A stretch of 37,138 nt of DNA from Thermoplasmatota archaeon (GTDB lineage Archaea; Thermoplasmatota; E2; JACPAO01; JAHFTW01), in assembly GCA_041636435.1 (NCBI GenBank), contig JBFKTF010000001.1, positions 1-37,138 on the forward strand. Reading direction: 5' to 3'. Each line of letters begins with the position of its first letter. Position 1 is the stretch's first letter. A program made the translations under genes and the position numbers. Under the pieces are notes generated by a model that saw only the letters and a list, made by a program, of their open reading frames with translations, did no database searches and was not told where the DNA came from. Of the stretch, positions 33,642 to 37,138 are shown piece by piece.

Positions 33642-35072
33642 TCATGGAGCCCGCTCGTCCGGGTGGACCTCGGCCTCGTCGCCATCTCCTTCCAGCTCCG
33701 CGCGGGTCTCCTCCACGGGCGCCGCTTCGTCGGGCTCTTCTTCGGGCGGTGGAGGGTGCAGGTGCTTGCGCCACGTCTCAATCCACTCGTCCGGGATCTC
33801 GCCATGGGAGCCCACCGTCAGCAACGGCACCGGGCTCTGTTGTCGTGCCGCGGCCACCTCGGAGCGAATCCAACCGACGCCCATGGCACGGGTCTGCGGG
33901 CGGCCAAACAGGACCAGTTTGGCGTTCTCTTCGCGCACCACTTGCCGGAGCACCTTGGGCAGGTCGCCGACTTCGGTCTCCGCCTTCGCCGTGACGCCCG
34001 CTTTGTGGGCCTCGTTCAGATAGATGTTGAGCGCACCTTGGCCATCTTGGATGCTCATGGCGTACGTTGGCTTGCGCACGTGCAGCACCACCATGCGGCC
34101 ATCGAGGCGGCGCACCACGTCCACGATGCCGGCCGCCATGGCACGAGCCGATTCCCGGCCCCGCGTCACGACCAGGATGACTGGTTTCTGGCTCGCTTCG
34201 CCAAGCAAGAACGGCGGCGTGGGTGCGGCTTCGGGCAAGTTCTCGTGGCGGCTGATGGTGTGCTGCGGGAACGGGAAGATGACGCCGTCCTCATCGAACC
34301 GACGCTTCACGTCGCGCAGCAAACGGTCCCGCACGGCGGGCCGCGCACGGGCTTGACTGATCCACACACGCAGTTGCAGGTCGATGGATGAATTGCCAAA
34401 GCCCATGACACGCACCACGGGCTCCGGATAGTCCAAGACGCCGTCCTCGGCGCGGGCCGCCTCAAGCAACAAACTCTCGGCCAACGGAATCGATGATTCG
34501 TACGAAATGCCGACGGGCAGATCCAGGCGATAGCGCGGGTTGCCGCCGTACGTGAAGTTCCACAACTCCCGCGTGTCCAGCATCGAATTGGGCACCACCA
34601 CCAAGTCGCCGTTGACGGTCATGATGCGCGTCGAGCGCAGACCCACCGTCAACACGTCGCCCCACGTGTTGCCAATCTGGATGCGGTCCCCCACGTCGAA
34701 TGGCTTGTCCACGGCGAGGCCAATTCCGGCCGCCATGTTGGCCACCGTGTTCTGCAAACCAAAACCAAGCGCCAACGACGCCACACCCAGCGTCGCCACC
34801 AACGACAACGGCTCGACGCGGTACACCAACCCAAGCGCCACGAAGAACCCGAACGTCACGACGGACACGACCATGATCTTGCCAAACAAGACCTGGGCAC
34901 TGGTCATGCGCTTGCGGTGCGAATGATCGTACAAGTAACGCAAACCGCGGCCCAACAAGTACGCCGCGAGCATGATCGCCACAAACGTCAGGACATTCAC
35001 GAACGCCTCCAACAAGGCGTCCCGACTCAACCAATCGGGGCGGGCTTGCTCAAGCGCCGTGTGGTTCGCCAC
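33642..35072 (-). CDS. MscS-family mechanosensitive channel fused to a C-terminal universal-stress-protein-like domain and an acidic tail
   Basis: 476 aa, GTG start. TM helices, then GVASLALGFGLQNTVANMAAGIGLAVDKPFDVGDRIQIG...GDVLTVGLRSTRIMTVNGDLVVVPNS (MscS core). Then KPVILVVTRGRES...MVVLHV...KLVLFG...VPLLTV (USP-like alpha/beta domain). Confidence 0.85.
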   Translation of the reverse strand: MANHTALEQARPDWLSRDALLEAFVNVLTFVAIMLAAYLLGRGLRYLYDHSHRKRMTSAQVLFGKIMVVSVVTFGFFVALGLVYRVEPLSLVATLGVASLALGFGLQNTVANMAAGIGLAVDKPFDVGDRIQIGNTWGDVLTVGLRSTRIMTVNGDLVVVPNSMLDTRELWNFTYGGNPRYRLDLPVGISYESSIPLAESLLLEAARAEDGVLDYPEPVVRVMGFGNSSIDLQLRVWISQARARPAVRDRLLRDVKRRFDEDGVIFPFPQHTISRHENLPEAAPTPPFLLGEASQKPVILVVTRGRESARAMAAGIVDVVRRLDGRMVVLHVRKPTYAMSIQDGQGALNIYLNEAHKAGVTAKAETEVGDLPKVLRQVVREENAKLVLFGRPQTRAMGVGWIRSEVAAARQQSPVPLLTVGSHGEIPDEWIETWRKHLHPPPPEEEPDEAAPVEETRAELEGDGDEAEVHPDERAP

Positions 35073-35094
35073 GGGTCAGGATTCCAACGCTGGA

Positions 35095-35100
35095 TGATAA
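35095..35100 (-). promoter_or_regulatory. Candidate TATA-like element for the MscS-USP gene (CCCTTATCATCC on the minus strand)
   Basis: TTATCA lies 23-28 nt upstream of GTG 35072. Confidence 0.3.
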
Positions 35101-35128
35101 GGGGCGTGGGGTGCACAGCGTGATTCGG

Positions 35129-36472
35129 CTAGCCAATGGATGGCGGCCAGCGGCCGTCATCAACAGCATCAAGCTCGTCGATAGGCAGGACCAGCCACCA
35201 TAGCGATCCGTCCGACGGGTCGACGACCAATTGGTCGGGAAGGCCGGAACCGAATTCGGTTGCCTCGGGACTGGGCCAGAGCGCAACATAACGCAACGGA
35301 ATGCTGCGCGTATTCTCGTTGGCGAACATGGGTGCCTGTGAAAGCACCAACACGTCGTGGATGCCGCTATGTGTGGGCGATGACAACGCTAGTTGCGAGA
35401 AGTCTTCGAGGGTCATGGCAGCGGCCGGCCAAATTGCGCGCGCGGAGCAACCTCGGGAATCGCGCTCGGCAGGGCCATGGTCAATGATGTCATATTCCGT
35501 TGCAGAGGGCCCCAGCTCCCACTGCACCGTCCATTCGTGGGACGTCCGCCCGTCCTGGAGAACGAATCGATGCCGTTCCACTGTTCGCAACGGTTCGCCG
35601 CCGGGAACCACTGCTTGAGAACTCCATGGCCCCGACGCCTCATACATCGTTATGCAACCACTCTGCATGATGCGGTTCGCTGCTTCTACATCGTCGATAA
35701 GGACGGCCATCGATTGCGCCGGTGACCGGTTCATGCCGGTCAATGGCTGATTGGGAAGGCCAAAATCGGCAGCAATGCCGAGGTCATATTCTTGGGGTCG
35801 CAGCGGCCATGTGTCTGGAGGGTCTTGTTCAGAACGAACCTCGAGGGATGTTCGCTGCAGAGTGGCTTCGCCGATTGGCGGTCCTGACCACTCCAACCGG
35901 GCCGGGGCCCAATGGCCATCGTAGGCGACCCGCGCAGGTCCATGCATATAGTGACCATCGCTCAAGCGGGGGCCTGAGGATGTGATGACGTTGCCCTCCC
36001 GTTGCAAGTCCAGGTGAACGGTGTCGATCCCTGACTGGAAAACAGATTCGGGGGCGGTCACCCGGTTCAGTCCAATGCCGAACGGGGGTGGATTTCCCCG
36101 CTCTGCCCAGTGAAACATGCCCTGCGTGCACGATCGAATATCTGCGTACCCGCAGGGCAGGTCCAGTCGAACAGTGCGAAGTTGGTCGTCAATCCAAATT
36201 TTGGCAACTCTGGACTCTCCGTCGGTTAAGCCATAGCCCGTAAGGGTGAATTCGACGGGTATCGCCCGTCGCAGGGCGCGGTCCTCATCGAGGATCGCCC
36301 TGGCGGCGCCCATGGCCACGGTCAATGATCCCTTGCCCCAACGGCCCTCGACATCGTACGTTGCGACCCAGGTCTGCCACGGAGGGTCGGGGTCGGGCTC
36401 CGGAATGCCTGCCAAGCAGCCGCTCAGAAGGGAGATTGCTAGAGCAAGAAATGTGCAACGCAACTTCAGCAA
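35129..36472 (-). CDS. Lipoprotein of unknown function (447 aa)
   Basis: MLKLRCTFLALAISLLSGC is a signal peptide with a lipobox. I recognise no motif. Coding-like, but with visibly more A/T-ending codons than the rest of the window. Confidence 0.65.
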   Translation of the reverse strand: MLKLRCTFLALAISLLSGCLAGIPEPDPDPPWQTWVATYDVEGRWGKGSLTVAMGAARAILDEDRALRRAIPVEFTLTGYGLTDGESRVAKIWIDDQLRTVRLDLPCGYADIRSCTQGMFHWAERGNPPPFGIGLNRVTAPESVFQSGIDTVHLDLQREGNVITSSGPRLSDGHYMHGPARVAYDGHWAPARLEWSGPPIGEATLQRTSLEVRSEQDPPDTWPLRPQEYDLGIAADFGLPNQPLTGMNRSPAQSMAVLIDDVEAANRIMQSGCITMYEASGPWSSQAVVPGGEPLRTVERHRFVLQDGRTSHEWTVQWELGPSATEYDIIDHGPAERDSRGCSARAIWPAAAMTLEDFSQLALSSPTHSGIHDVLVLSQAPMFANENTRSIPLRYVALWPSPEATEFGSGLPDQLVVDPSDGSLWWLVLPIDELDAVDDGRWPPSIG

Positions 36473-36885
36473 TTGACACTCGCTGTCTGCGGAGGAACCG
36501 CGCCTCCAATGAAGGCGGCGGTGACATGTGCGCGGGCACAGACGCCGGTGCCCGAAGATGGGTAGATGTCAACCCGCGATACCGTCTTGCTGCACGAGAA
36601 TGCGGGGGCGGCCGACGCACATGCATCACTATCGCTGTTGGTAGCACCGCTGCCAAGCAGGCTCATGGATCCGGCCACTGGTGCATTGATGGATCCCGTG
36701 GCGTACCAACGGTAGCACGTTCCCTGACTGCAACTGTAGGTGGCGCCCACCGAGGCCGTCGCAGTGACACAGTTGAACAATGCATCGCACTCGTGTTGAG
36801 TGTCCGACCACGAGGATGCGTTTGCGGGTACAGTGGCAACGAGCGTCATGGTGAGCAATAGCCCGAGGGGCAACCAAACGCGCAT
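36466..36885 (-). CDS. Small secreted Cys-rich protein (139 aa, 8 Cys)
   Basis: From ATG 36885: MRVWLPLGLLLTMTLVATVPANA-SSWSDTQHECDALFNCVT...YSCSQGTCYRW...DACASAAPAFSCSK...GVCARA...SVNC. It overlaps the next gene by 7 nt. The upstream part of the 202-aa track ORF is unsupported. Confidence 0.55.
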   Translation of the reverse strand: MRVWLPLGLLLTMTLVATVPANASSWSDTQHECDALFNCVTATASVGATYSCSQGTCYRWYATGSINAPVAGSMSLLGSGATNSDSDACASAAPAFSCSKTVSRVDIYPSSGTGVCARAHVTAAFIGGAVPPQTASVNC

Positions 36886-36906
36886 GCCAAAGAATAGTGT
36901 ACCGTC

Positions 36907-36914
36907 TATTTTTT
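36907..36914 (-). promoter_or_regulatory. Candidate TATA box (GCAAAGAAAAAATAGACGG on the minus strand) for the Cys-rich protein/lipoprotein operon
   Basis: AAAAAATA lies 22-29 nt upstream of ATG 36885, with a purine-rich BRE-like AAAG just upstream. This is the strongest A/T block in the window. Confidence 0.45.
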
Positions 36915-37138
36915 CTTTGCTTCGGGGGGCACATACCGCCATGACATGCCTTGCGAGCGAGCGACGCGAGGCCGGCGTGCAAGGGGCCGGATTGACGCCA
37001 AACTCGGACAAGTGCTCGCTCGGGGGTCCCCTCGCATTGTGGCTCGGGCGAATCCAGCCTCTTGGGGTAGCCATCGCCGAAGGCGATGGTGCAAGGGCGG
37101 TCGCACAGGCCGAAGGTCTGTGCGAGCGGAGGGCGCAA

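Noticed and set aside
36886-37138. ORFs 36629-37138 (-) and 36906-37106 (-), and an 8-bp perfect hairpin CCATCGCC-GAA-GGCGATGG at 37071-37089
   Set aside because: The ORFs overlap the Cys-rich gene or its promoter region, are Arg/Pro-rich, and have no support. The hairpin is real in the sequence but lacks a T-tract or any context that would assign a function. The window ends too soon to interpret it.

Overview
High-GC archaeal chromosomal segment, about 33 genes plus one tRNA. All calls come from reading the supplied translations and my own translation of unlisted frames; no searches were run. The unsplit rpoB, a classical menaquinone pathway and many lipobox proteins suggest a Thermoplasmatota-like, possibly marine-group, euryarchaeon, but this is low-confidence inference. 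Left to right: (1) a bacterial-type methyl-cycle pair, metK then metH, where metH runs off the left edge and is absent from the ORF track. (2) aEF-1beta, divergent from an LVIVD-repeat beta-propeller lipoprotein. (3) tRNA-Lys(UUU), preceded by a degenerate copy of its own 5' end. (4) The canonical archaeal transcription cluster rpoH-rpoB-rpoA1-rpoA2-rpl30e-nusA, with synteny broken straight after nusA. (5) A classical menaquinone cluster, menF-menD-menB ... menA-menC-menE plus convergent ubiE/menG. (6) A small operon of wHTH regulator, DUF3179 protein and a membrane peptide. (7) A long minus-strand run: MscS-USP channel, a 1205-aa DUF4011/Upf1-like SF1 helicase fused to a Vsr/DUF559-like endonuclease, a Csa3-like CARF-wHTH regulator, lipoprotein, DUF547, lipoprotein. 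(8) A visibly lower-GC tail encoding a lipoprotein and a Cys-rich secreted protein. Two things stand out. First, five paralogous lipoproteins of about 300 aa (lipobox, CarboxypepD_reg-like beta-sandwich, unassignable Cys-containing C-terminal domain of about 190 aa) are scattered on one strand through 16 kb. Second, the helicase-nuclease sits beside an orphan CARF-wHTH with no CRISPR-Cas or cyclase in view. No CRISPR array, rRNA, transposase or integrase was seen. Most other long ORFs in the track are antisense or shadow frames typical of high-GC DNA.
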